NCBI GenBank assembly: GCA_002269645.1
Contig: NIVC01000151.1
Coordinates: 682,001-746,000, forward strand
Direction of reading: 5' to 3'
Length of the DNA stretch: 64,000 nt
Origin: Macrostomum lignano
Lineage: Eukaryota
The notes under the pieces were generated by a model that was given only the letters and a program-made list of their open reading frames with translations, was not told the DNA's origin and ran no database searches. Every line of letters begins with the position of its first letter. Positions within the stretch are counted from its first letter, which is position 1. This document shows positions 35,601-46,492 of the stretch, piece by piece. Position numbers and translations under genes: made by a program.

Positions 35601-37444
35601 CACCCGCTGCAGGCCGGCTGGCGCCGCTCCTCCTACACCGTGTCCACCAAGATTTTCTGGGGCGGCAAGGCGGAGACGGAGCGCGGCCTGTCCCGCAAGC
35701 ACATCGTGGAGGGCCTGCAGGCCTGCCTGCAGCGGCTGCAGCTGGACTATGTGGACATTGTGTTCGCCAACCGGCCGGACCCGCTCACCCCCATGGAGGA
35801 GATCGTGCGCGCCTTCAGCTTCTGCATCGACCGCGGCTGGGCCTTCTACTGGGGCACCTCGCGGTGAGTAGCGCTTCGGCCTTTCTTCCGTTTTTTCCAC
35901 GTTTATCTTCTTGTTCGATGTTCTGGACATTGTTGAGCGTCATTCCCCCCCCACCGGCAGCTGGTCTCCCATGGAGATCATGGAGGCGCACTCGGTGGCG
36001 CGGCAGTTCAACCTGATCCCCCCGGTGGCGGAGCAGGTCGAGTACCACATGTTCCAGCGGGAGAAGCTGGAGCTGCAAATGCCCGAGCTGTTCGCCAAGC
36101 TGGGCCTGGGCGCCGTGGTCTGGAGCCCGTTGGCCTGCGGCATTCTGTCCGGCAAGTACGACGACGGAGTGCCCGTGTACTCGAGGGCATCTCTCAAGGG
36201 GTGAGTCACGTGATGCTTGATAGAGTGCGCGTGTACTCCAGGGCATCGCTCAATGGGTGAGTCACGTGATGCTTGATAGAGTGCGCGTGTACTCCAGGGC
36301 ATCGCTCAAGGGGTGAGTCACGTGATGCTTGATAGAGTGCGCGTGTACTCCAGGGCATCGCTCAATGGGTGAGTCACGTGATGCTTGATAGAGTGCGCGT
36401 GTACTCCAGGGCATCGCTCAAGGGGTGAGTCACGTGATGCTTTATAAAGTGCGCGTGTACTCCAGGGCCTCGCTCAAGGGGTGAGTCACGTGATGCTTTA
36501 TAAAGTGCGCGTGTACTCCAGGGCCTCGCTCAAGGGGTGAGTCACGCAGTGTTCCAAAAAAGCTCAGCAGTCCCCGCCTTCGTACTTATTTAGCTACTCC
36601 TGGCTGCGCGACAAAATCCTCAGCGAGGAGGGCCGGCAGCAGCAGGCGAAGCTCAAGGAGCTCGCCGAGGTGGCGATCCGCCTGGACTGCACGCTGGCCT
36701 AGCTGGCCATCGCCTGGTGCGTGCGGAGCGGCCACGCCAGCTGCGTGCTGCTGGGCGCGAGCTCGGCCGAGCAGCTGTACGAGAACATCTGCGCCCTGCC
36801 GGTGGTGCCCAAGCTGACCGCGGCGCTCATGGCCGAGATCGACCGGATTCTGGGTGCGGCTGCGGGGCCGGCGGGATGGCATTGGCTTTCTTGGCGTCTC
36901 TATGCAGTCCTGGTCAATTTTCTAACAATCTTGCTTAGTTTTCTAGGAAAGTTTATCGATTTAAACAGAATCACGCTGGAATTTCTGGAATCTCGGTCGA
37001 GTTTCTAAGAAAATTGATTAATGTTTTACTCATAGTAATTTCGATTATTATTTAAATAATCTCTAACTTAGGAATCTTAACAAACCGAATTTTGACACCT
37101 TTCAGGATTTGTGTGAAGCATTAGTTTTCTAAGAAACAAAATCGATATTCTTCAAATCGCAATCTATTATTATCGATTGTATTGTCGACACGCAGTGTAA
37201 TATGAAGGATAAATTCCCGCCTGCAAAATTAGGACTTCGGACTCCTTTCTGAAGATTTTCCAATCCAAAGTTCTAATTGAAAGCTTCTTGAAGACATTAT
37301 CGCTAGGTACCAAATAATATGGATCCCTCATTTCCCTCGCCGTTGAACATTTCAGCGAACAAGCCCGTGGCGCAGTCGAAGTCGGGCCAGCCGCCTTCGA
37401 CCTCCAGCGCCGCGCAAACGTCGACGGCGAACCCGCGTCGATGA
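32683..37444 (+). CDS. KCNAB: Voltage-gated K+ channel beta subunit (aldo-keto reductase fold, KCNAB/Hyperkinetic); exons 32683-33322, 35275-35393, 35613-35863, 35961-36200, 36594-36853, 37356-37444; in-frame TAG at 36700-36702
   Basis: Kv-beta signatures: [108 protein letters not shown]. The six exons sum to 1599 nt with consistent phases. One internal stop at codon 453. Confidence 0.92.
34488..35200 (+). mobile_element. tRNA-derived SINE copy whose head is split by a ~420-bp CT-rich expansion (34520-34945)
   Basis: GGGACAGGGCAGCTCAGCGGTCAACGCGTCTGACTCTC, then the CT array, then GGTTCCGTGCGC, then CAGCCATGAGGGCCAACCCCAAGGCACAGAGGGTGTACA..GAAAGTCAG..CTGTGCACCCTGTGTGAG. Confidence 0.68.
36167..36546. 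repeat. 56-bp tandem repeat of the KCNAB exon 4/donor junction
   Basis: GTGAGT occurs at 36201 (true donor), 36257, 36313, 36369, 36425, 36481 and 36537. Confidence 0.93.
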
Positions 37445-37584
37445 TCGCCGCGGGATGCCGCCGCTCTTGATAATCCGGGCTGACCCGACATTGCTGCCAA
37501 TCCTCTTATGAGCACCTTTGATGGGCTCAAAACTGCTGCTGCGGTTGGGGAGCCTTTGCCAACTCAACTGGGTCTTTGTAATTC

Positions 37585-37835
37585 AGTTGCTGTGGGTGAG
37601 ATTCTGTTGCTGTGGGTGATATTCTGTTGCTGTGGGTGAGATTCTGTTGCTGTGGGTGAGATTCTGTTGCTGTGGGTGATATTCTGTTGCTGTGGGTGAG
37701 ATTCTGTTGCTGTGGGTGAGATTCTGTTGCTGTGGGTGAGATTCTGTTGCTGTGTGTGAGATTCTGTTGCTGTGTGTGAGATTCTGTAGCTGTGGATGAG
37801 ATTCTGTTGCTGTGGGTGAGATTCTGTTGAGATTG
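37585..37835. repeat. 20-bp minisatellite 3' of KCNAB
   Basis: Unit gagattctgttgctgtgggt. Confidence 0.88.
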
Positions 37836-38249
37836 GGTGAGATTGGTTCCTGATCGCTTAGGGATGAGGCTCTGTTGTTAAGGTGTTAGATTTTCTCTTG
37901 CGTTGAGGGCGCTGGATGCCACTTATGTGGGTTGGAACTGAGCCGCAGGCGCAGTTTCCTGTCTGCTTTCTTTTCTGTAGATATTTTTACGTTCTGAACC
38001 GAGAACAGCTGGAATACTTGTAGAACTCAATCTGCACTGATCTGTCAAAAACTCTTTACTCCTAGCAGCATATCAATCAGTTTGGCTGTCCCTCAGTCCC
38101 ATTCTCTGTAAATCATGTGCAGTTCCCGAGTCAGCTGTGCCCGATACTACTGTTGTTACCGAATTCCTAGAATTTTACTTATTTTCTGATTAATCAGATA
38201 TTTGTTTTATTGCGGCTATGTTGAATCCGGCTCAGTCACTTTCAAGCTC

Positions 38250-38674
38250 GACTGGCTGACTGACTGACTTACTGATTGACTGACTGACTGATTGACTGAC
38301 TGACTGACTGACTGACTGACTGACTGATTGACTGACTGACTGACTGACTGACTGACTGACTGACTGAGTGACTGACTGACTGACTGACTGACTGACTGAC
38401 TGACTGACTGACTGACTGACTGACTGACTGACTGACTGACTGACTGACTGACTGACTGACTGACTGACTGACTGACTGACTGACTGACTGACTGACTGAC
38501 TGACTGACTGACTGACTGACTGACTGACTGACTGACTGACTGACTGACTGACTGAGTGACTGAGTGACTGACTGACTGACTGACTGACTGACTGACTGAC
38601 TGACTGACTGACTGACTGACTGACTGACTGACTGACTGACTGACTGACTAACTGACTGACTGACTGACTGACTG
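38250..38674. repeat. (ACTG)n microsatellite
   Basis: About 100 tetranucleotide units. Confidence 0.95.
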
Positions 38675-38919
38675 AAAAAAGAAAAAAACGAGCATTCGAT
38701 CCCGAACTTGAATCAGCACGTCGCTAAGGCACAAGTTAAAATTGCAGGTATATGTACAAAATGGAAAACTGCACACAAATACGTCATGAATCGCAGCACG
38801 TGACACGCTTGAGTAAAACTTATCGTGGCCTTGAAAATTTGCAAAATACACAATAAATCATAAAAAATGAAACAAAACAGAGTTACGTAGTGCTATTCTC
38901 GCTAGTTAGCCCTCATGGG

Positions 38920-39258
38920 ATCTAACCCTCATGTGAGCCAACCCTCATGTGAGCTAGCCCTCATGTGAGCCAACCCTCATGGGAGCTAACCCTCATGTGA
39001 GCCAACCCTCATGTGAGCTAGCCCTCATGTGAGCTAACCCGCATGTGAGCTAACCCTCATGTGAGCCAGCCCAGGTGAGCCAGCCCAGGTGAGCCAGCCC
39101 AGGTGAGCCAGCCCAGGTGAGCCAGCCCAGGTGAGCCAGCCCAGGTGAGCCAGCCCAGGTGAGCCAGCCCAGGTGAGCCAGCCCAGGTGAGCCAGCCCAG
39201 GTGAGCCAGCCCAGGTGAGCCAGCCCAGGTGAGCCAGCCCAGGTGAGCCAGCCCAGGT
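38920..39258. repeat. 16-bp array grading into a 14-bp array, immediately 3' of the MTHFR stop
   Basis: gagctaaccctcatgt, then gagccagcccaggt. Confidence 0.88.
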
Positions 39259-39268
39259 GAACAAGCCT

Positions 39269-42200
39269 TCAAGCGAGCTCCACCTCGTCCGAGCCGTCGG
39301 CCGCCCGGGCCACCTGGTCAGTCAGGTCCCACAAGACGCTGTCCTCAGTGAAGTCATTGTCCACCAGCGCCACCAGCAAGTAGGTCTCGGCCACCGACTC
39401 GATCAGGCGGCGGCTCGGCGAGCCCTCCTCGTACAGGCGGCCCCACTCCTCCGTCCACAGGGCGAAGGCCTCGTCCCGCCAGGCCAGGAAAGCGGCGCCG
39501 TCGCAGACGGTGGGCTGGGCGACCTCCGAGGCGGGGAAGACGCCCCAGGTGAGGGCGATGGGCTCCGAGAAGTTCGCCAAGTTGACGTTGCCCGACCGGT
39601 CGGCGATGTGGAAGCTCACGCGGCCTCCACCGTGGCTGCTCAGCGCCGACTGCAGGGTAGGTGAAGGTGAGTCGAAAAGTGGGATTCGAACTTAAGATAG
39701 CCGCTGAGATTTGTTTAAATCCTTGTCTAGCCGAGTTCAGACACTCAGATAAACTGGCCGAGTTCAGACACTCAGATAAACTGGCCGAGTTCAGACACTC
39801 AGATAAACTGGCCGAGTTCAGACACTCAGATAAACTGGCCGAGTTCAGACACTCAGATAAACTGGCCGAGTTCAGACACTCAGATAAACTGGCCGAGTTC
39901 AGAGACTCAAATAAACTGGCCGAGTTCAGACTCGGCACTGCCCTGCTCAGCCGAGCTCGAACTGCCGCGGCTCACCTGCAGCGCCGGCAGCCGGCGGCCG
40001 GGCAGGAAAAACTCCAGGTAGGCTCGCTGGTACACGAAGCCGCCGGAGCCGCCCCAGCCGTGCACCGGGTGGTCGCTGCTGGCGCCGTTCACCCGCAGCA
40101 GGTGGTTGGTGGCCAGCAGGCCGCGCTCGCTCAGACCGGCCAGCCGCTGCCGCGCCTCCGCCGCCTCGTTGGACTCCGACGAAGGTGGCAGCGGCTCCTC
40201 GTCGCCCCAAGGCAGCCGGGTGACTCGGACACCGTCCGGGCTGACTGGTTTCCCGGACAGGTGGCTGGCGAACACCCGCCAGATGTCCGGCTCGCTGGTC
40301 GGCTCGCTGCCCCACATGCGGAGCCGCTCCTGCTTGCTGGCGCGGACTGCGGGATGGCGGTGGCTGACTGACTGACTGACTGTCTGACTGACTGACTGGC
40401 TGACTGACTGACTGACTGGCTGACTGTCTGACTGACTGACTGACTGACTGACTGACTGACTGACTGACTGGCTGACTGACTGACTGACTGGCTGACTGTC
40501 TGACTAACTGACTGGCTGACTGACTGACTGTCTGACTGACTGACTGACTGACTGTCTGACTGACTGACTGACTGACTGACTGACTGACTGACTGACTGAC
40601 TGACTGACTGACTGACTGGCTGACTGTCTGACTGACTGACTGACTGACTGACTGACTGACTGACTGACTGGCTGACTGACTGACTGACTGGCTGACTGTC
40701 TGACTGACTGACTGGCTGACTGACTGACTGACTGACTGACTGACTGACTGACTGACTGACTGACTGACTGACTGACTGACTGACTGACTGACTGACTGAC
40801 TGACTGACTGACTGACTGACTGACTGACTGACTGACTGACTGACTGACTGACTGACTGACTCACTAACATTTGCTAATATTAATAATAGTAATAATAATA
40901 CTAATACTGTCCTGACAATATTTAAGCTACCTGCCTTGACACCGAGCCCCAGGGTTCGAACCCGGCCGGACTCACCAGTCAAGTAAAACAAATAATAGTC
41001 CCTGAGCTCGCCAATCTCGGCACACTCGGAGCCCCACCGGCCGTGGGGATAGTCATCCCAGTGCCGGGTCCGGTGCACGTAGCTGGTGGGCCGCCGGGAC
41101 CAGAACACGGGTCGCACGGCCTCGGCGCAGCGCTCGTAATTGGCGGACGGTTGCCATGGCAACGGCCGGGGCAGATCCTCGCGCCAGAGCCCGATGTTCT
41201 TCAAAATGCGGATGGTCGCCGCGTCCCGGTTCAGCGTGTAGAAGTGAATGCCTGCGCGGAGGTATTTTTGTACTTTTAGAGTGATAGTTGAAATATGACC
41301 GTAAAAAATTAGGTCGAGATTTTCTAAGAGAGCCGGGAACTTTGCTTCGTTTCTAGGAATGTCGCAAATTTTTCAAACTTGTGAGTCAACCTCTGATAAG
41401 CTTGAGTCAACCTCTGATAAGCTTGAGTCAACCTCTGATAAGCTTGAGTCAACCTCTGATAAGCTTGAGTCAACCTCTGATAAGCTTGAGTCAACCTCTG
41501 ATAAGCTTGAGTCAACCTCTGATAAGCAGTTAGCCATGATCTAGACTGGACACTTGCAAGACGAATGTCTAAGAAAACGCATCAGTTTTTCTAATAATAC
41601 TTTTGATTTCGGGAAATTATTCCTACCATGGTCCCAATCCTCAATGGCCGACTGGGTCTTACCGTGCACCTGGCCGCTCTGCAGAAGCTCCTGGCACATC
41701 TGCGTGCACTGCGCGATGCCGTAGTTGCGAATGGCCTCGTCGTTGTCTCGGATCGGCTCGATGACGCGCAGCATGCTGTCCGGGACCGTCAGCTTGGACA
41801 GCTTGACGATGTGGCGCAGCGACTGGTAGCCCTGCACGGGCAGCACGCCGGGGATGATGGGGCAGTCGATGCCGACCCGCCGGCAGTCGGACACGAAGCG
41901 GAGGAATTCGGCCGACTCGAAGAACAGCTGCGTGATGATGAACTCGCCGCCGGCGTCCACCTGCGTGAGGGGGAATTCGAGTCTGCTCGTGACTTCGGGC
42001 CGGTTGCTAAGTCTGAGTCAGCTCAGACTCTGAGTCAGCTGAGTCAGCCAGTAAGTCAGTGGACACACAGCTAGATTTTTTTTCAATTATCAGTGCGCAA
42101 CTTCTAACGCACATCCTATAAGAAATTTGCTTGAAATTCTGTACTAGCTACTCTTAGTAGCTTAGTAGCTACTCTTGCTCTTAGTCGGCAATTTCTTAGA

Positions 42201-43964
42201 AAGATCAGAAGTCAGACGAGTTGATACTTAGTTTGGTGAAAGGAGATGGAGAAGGGAGAAGGGAGGAAGGGGAGAAGGGGGGCAGGGGAGAAGGGCGGAA
42301 GAGAAGGGAGAAGCGGGAGACAGACAAGTACAAAATCGAGCAGAGCAACCCAAGAATTAACAGCTGCCTTCTTCTCAAGCAGAAATTCGAACCCAGGCGC
42401 TGTGAGCAGTGACTCAGCCATGTGCTCAGCACAGAACCCGCCCCAACCTTCTCCTTCAGCCGACGCAGGTCCTCAGCGTAGCTGGCGGCCTCCGGGTGCC
42501 CCGCCGGGTAGCCGGCCACGCCGATACAGAAGAAGCTGCCATAGCGCCGCCGGATCAGCCGCACCAGGTCGCTGGCGAAGGCCGGGCCGCCGCTGGCCGC
42601 GGCTGAGGCGCCGCCTGGGTTGCCGTCGGCGTCTTCGGGCAGGTCGCCGCGCAGCGCCAGGATGTTTTTGAGTCCGAGCGACTTTGCGCGGTCCAGCACG
42701 CGCACCAGCCGGGCCTCGGTCTGGCCAACGCAGGTCAGGTGCAGCACGGTGTCGATGCCGCAGTAGTTCAGCATGGCGGAGGCCACCTGGCGCAGGGCAA
42801 TGAGGCGGGAGACTGCAATTTAGATCCTGCCTTGACTTACTTGACTCCTCCTTACTTACTGACTTACTTACTTGACTTAGATCCTGCTATAGAGGCGTCA
42901 GGGAAACACAAACTGCCCGGGAGACAGTATGCCACAGAAGGATACATAAAGCTTTAGGGAGACACAAGGCGCCATGGAGACGGAAGATGCCATGGAGACA
43001 GAAGGTGCCATGGAGACAGAAGGTGCCATGGAGACAGAAGGTGCCATGGAGACAGAAGGTGCCATGGAGACAGAAGGTGCCATGGAGACAGAAGGTGCCA
43101 TGGAGACAGAAGGTGCCATGGAGACAGAAGGTGCCATAGAGACAGAAGGTGCCATGGAGACAGAAGGTGCCATGGAGACAGAAGGTGCCATGGAGATACA
43201 AAGCGCCATGGAGACAGAAGGTGCCATGGAGACAGAAGGTGCCATGGAGACAGAAGGTGCCATGGAGACAGAAGGTGCCATGGAGATACAAAGCGCCATG
43301 GAGACACACAATATGCTAATGAGACACAAGTCGCCATGGAGACACAAGGTGCCATGGAGACAAAAGGTGCCATCGCCATGGAGACAGAAGATGCCATGGA
43401 GACACAAGGTGCCATGGAGACACAAGGTGCCATGGAGACAAAAGATGCCATGCAGACACAAGGCGCCATGGAGACACACAAGATGTCAATGAGTTACAGC
43501 AGGCGCCATTATTGCGCTAGTAAGGCACAGAAGGCGCCAGGAAGACACAAAAGTACTCAAAATGCTACATAAAGAAGTAGCGAAGGCTGGGTGTTATTCT
43601 TAAATGCTAGACAAAACCAGCCGAATTCACAGTATCCAGAGATTCTTACCGAGGTAGATGAGGTGGGTGAGTCGCCCGCCGGGTTTCCGGCCGGGTGCCA
43701 GGTGACGTCGCAGAACAGCGGCCGGCCCCTGGCGAAGCTGTCGAACTTGGAGACGAGGTTCACAGCGGCCGCCGGGGTGCGCGGCGGGAAGAACTCGCAG
43801 GAGAACCAGCGCCGGCCCTTCTCAATGCGGCGGCGGATGCGGGTGGCCAGCGGGCGGTACTGGCGGCTGCTTGGCGGCTGCGGCGACTGCGGCCGCTCCT
43901 GCTCCTCCTGCTGGAGCTTCTCTTTAGCCGGCATCTTGGCAACGGAGCTCGAGTTTTCTGGCAT
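39269..43964 (-). CDS. MTHFR: Methylenetetrahydrofolate reductase (eukaryotic type, catalytic plus regulatory domain); exons 43964-43650, 42786-42448, 41960-41663, 41251-40976, 40346-39976, 39649-39269
   Basis: [96 protein letters not shown] and QPTV motifs. GT-AG junctions are in phase and no internal stop was seen. Confidence 0.95.
39730..39930. repeat. 27-bp minisatellite in MTHFR intron 5
   Basis: Unit gccgagttcagacactcagataaactg. Confidence 0.88.
40364..40865. repeat. (ACTG)n/(CAGT)n microsatellite in MTHFR intron 4
   Basis: About 125 units with ggct and gtct variants. Confidence 0.95.
41384..41527. repeat. 21-bp minisatellite in MTHFR intron 3
   Basis: Unit gagtcaacctctgataagctt. Confidence 0.88.
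42965..43475. repeat. 18-bp minisatellite in MTHFR intron 1
   Basis: Unit gccatggagacagaaggt. Confidence 0.9.
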
Positions 43965-44479
43965 GGCGCTGAGTTCTCTAGGAATAGGAATGTATATAGC
44001 TTTGGTTTAGAATTTCCTGACTGACTGGCATTTATAGCTGAGAAAATTAGGCCAGGCGAAGGATTTCCACGCTGTCTGGGGTAGCGGAAAATTCTTCAAA
44101 ATCAAACTCAGCCACCCTCCCCCGCTATTTCTTTTTAGGGGCGGCGTTTCTAAATTTAGAACTATCTGAGAGGCCGAGGGGCTCCCTTGATAGCCCCCTG
44201 ATTTTCTAGATAACCACAATGTACATTGAATGTATGTACACTACATTGTTATTTGCTGGGCCTAGGGGCAGGAATTTCCCGCCTCGCCTCGCCCGCGTGC
44301 AACCCCCGCTAAAGGTCGGGGGGGGGGGCTGATTTTCATCCGATCTAGCGATGCGTTCGCTTGCTAATGGAAATTCCCCAACTAATTGTCCGAACCGAAG
44401 TGGAGGCCCCGGCATTAAGTGACAAGTGACTGATTTTTGCTCACAATGAAGCTTCAGGAAGGCTTAAAGTTATGTTCAC

Positions 44480-45165
44480 CCTGAACCTTTAGCTGTTTAC
44501 CCTGAAGCTTTAGGGGAATCAACTGCTTTTTACCCTGAAGCTTTAGGGGAATCAACTGCTTTTTACCCTGAAGCTTTAGGGGAATCAACTGCTTTTTACC
44601 CTGAAGCTTTAGGGGAATCAACTTTTATTCACCCCAAAGCTTTAAGGGAATCAACTGCTGTTCACCCAGAAGCTTTAAGGGAATCAACTGCTGTTCACCC
44701 TGAAGCTTTAAGGGAATCAACTGCTGTTCACCCTGAAGCTTTAAGGGAATCAACTGCTGTTCACCCTGAAGCTTGAAGGCAATCAACTGCTGTTCACCCT
44801 GAAGCTTGAAGGGAATCAACTGCTGTTTACCCTGGGGTTTTACGGGAATCAACTGCTGTTTACCCTGAGGTTTTACGTGAATCAACTGCTGTTTACCCTG
44901 AGGTTTTATGGGAATCAACTGCTGTTTACCCTGGGGTTTTACGGGAATCAACTGCTGTTTACCCTGGGGTTTTACGTGAATCAACTGCTGTTTACCCTGA
45001 GGTTTTACGTGAATGAACTGCTGTTTACCCTGAGGTTTTACGTGAATCAACTTTTATTCACCCGAAGCTTTACGGGAATTTACTGTTGTTCACCCTGAAG
45101 CTTTAAGGCAATCAACTGCTGTTTACCCTGAAGCTTTAGGACTCCAGCTTTTCTCACCCTGAAGC
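44480..45165. repeat. 33-bp minisatellite upstream of MTHFR
   Basis: Unit accctgaagctttaggggaatcaactgcttttt and variants. Confidence 0.88.
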
Positions 45166-45569
45166 TTTCAGGGGTCCAAAAACCTGCTCAGGGGTACTAA
45201 CTCCTAATCTTACTCAACCTGAAGCTTCAAGGTCTGCAACCCCTGCTTGCCCTGTAGATAAGACACGGTTCTTAGCTTTTCAGACTGCGTGTACTGGCAT
45301 TCAAACTACAGTTCTTTGCAAAACTGCTTAAGTCAAACTGAGAAAGAAAAGCCTTACCGCCCAGTACTTTCCGTTTGCGGCAACTCTTCGTGCAGAATTT
45401 CTCCGCAGAGAACCGTTGAAAATATTGTCAAATAATTTCAACGGCCAAAGGCCATCAAGTCCAGCTGGTCCTCAGACTGGATTCGCATTGCTTAGAAAAG
45501 GGGTCGGCAAACTTACATGTATTACCTTATTAAGGCCAGATAAAGAATCCAGCTCATGACTGCAAGCCA

Positions 45570-46492
45570 GATGAGAGAGGAAAGGAGAAGGAATAGAGGA
45601 GAGAGAAGAGGAAAGAACAGGAGAAGACGAGATAAGACGAAAAAGAAGAGAAGGGAGAGAGAGGAGAAATTAGGGGAGATAGGAGAGATGAGGGGAGAGA
45701 GGAGAGATGAGGGGAGAGAGGAGAGATGAGGGGAGAGAGGAGAGATGAGGGGAGAGAGGAGAGATGAGATGAGAGGAGAGATGAGGGGGGGAGAGATGAG
45801 GGGGAGGAGAGATGAGGGGGGAGGAGAGATGAGGGGGGAGGAGAGATGAGGGGGGAGGAGAGATGAGGGGGGAGGAGAGATGAAGGGGGAGGAGAGATGA
45901 GGGGGGAGGAGAGATGAGGGGGGAGGAGAGATGAGGGGTTAGGAGAGATGAGGGGGGAGGAGAGATGAGGAGAGGAGAGAGAGAAGAGAGGAGAAGAGAG
46001 AGAAGAGAGGAGAGAAGAGAGAAAGAGAGGAGAAGAGAGAGAAGAGAGGAGAAGAGAGAGAAGAGAGGAGAGAAGAGAGAAAGAGAGGAGAAGAGAGAGA
46101 AGAGAGGAGAAGAGAAGAGAGAGAAGAGAGGAGAGAAGAGAGAAAGAGAGGAGAAGAGAGAGAAGAGAGGAGAAGAGAGAGAAGAGAGGAGAGAAGAGAG
46201 AAAGAGAGGAGAAAAGAGAGAAGAGAGGAGAGAAGAGAGAAAAAGAGGAGAGAAGAGAGAAAGAGAGGAGAGAAGAGAGAAAGAGAGGAGAGAAGAGAGA
46301 AAGAGAGGAGAGAAGAGAGAAAGAGAGGAGAGAGAGAAGAGAGGAGAAGAGAGAGAAGAGAGGAGAGAAGAGAGAAAGAGAGGAGAAGAGAGAGAAGAGA
46401 GGAGAAGAGAGAGAAGAGAGGAGAAGAGAGAGATGAGAGGAGAGAATAGAGAAAGAGAGGAGAAGAGAGAAAGAGAGGAGAGAAGAGAGAAG
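45570..46492. repeat. ~920-bp almost pure purine (GA-rich) tract
   Basis: gaggagaagagaga-type low-complexity sequence; pyrimidines are limited to scattered t. Confidence 0.92.

Noticed and set aside
39947-41204. Long QSVS-repeat ORFs, and the 357-aa ORF joining MTHFR exon 4 to them
   Set aside because: These are read-through of the (CAGT)n intron. A canonical donor at 40975 and acceptor at 40347 restore the MTHFR frame.
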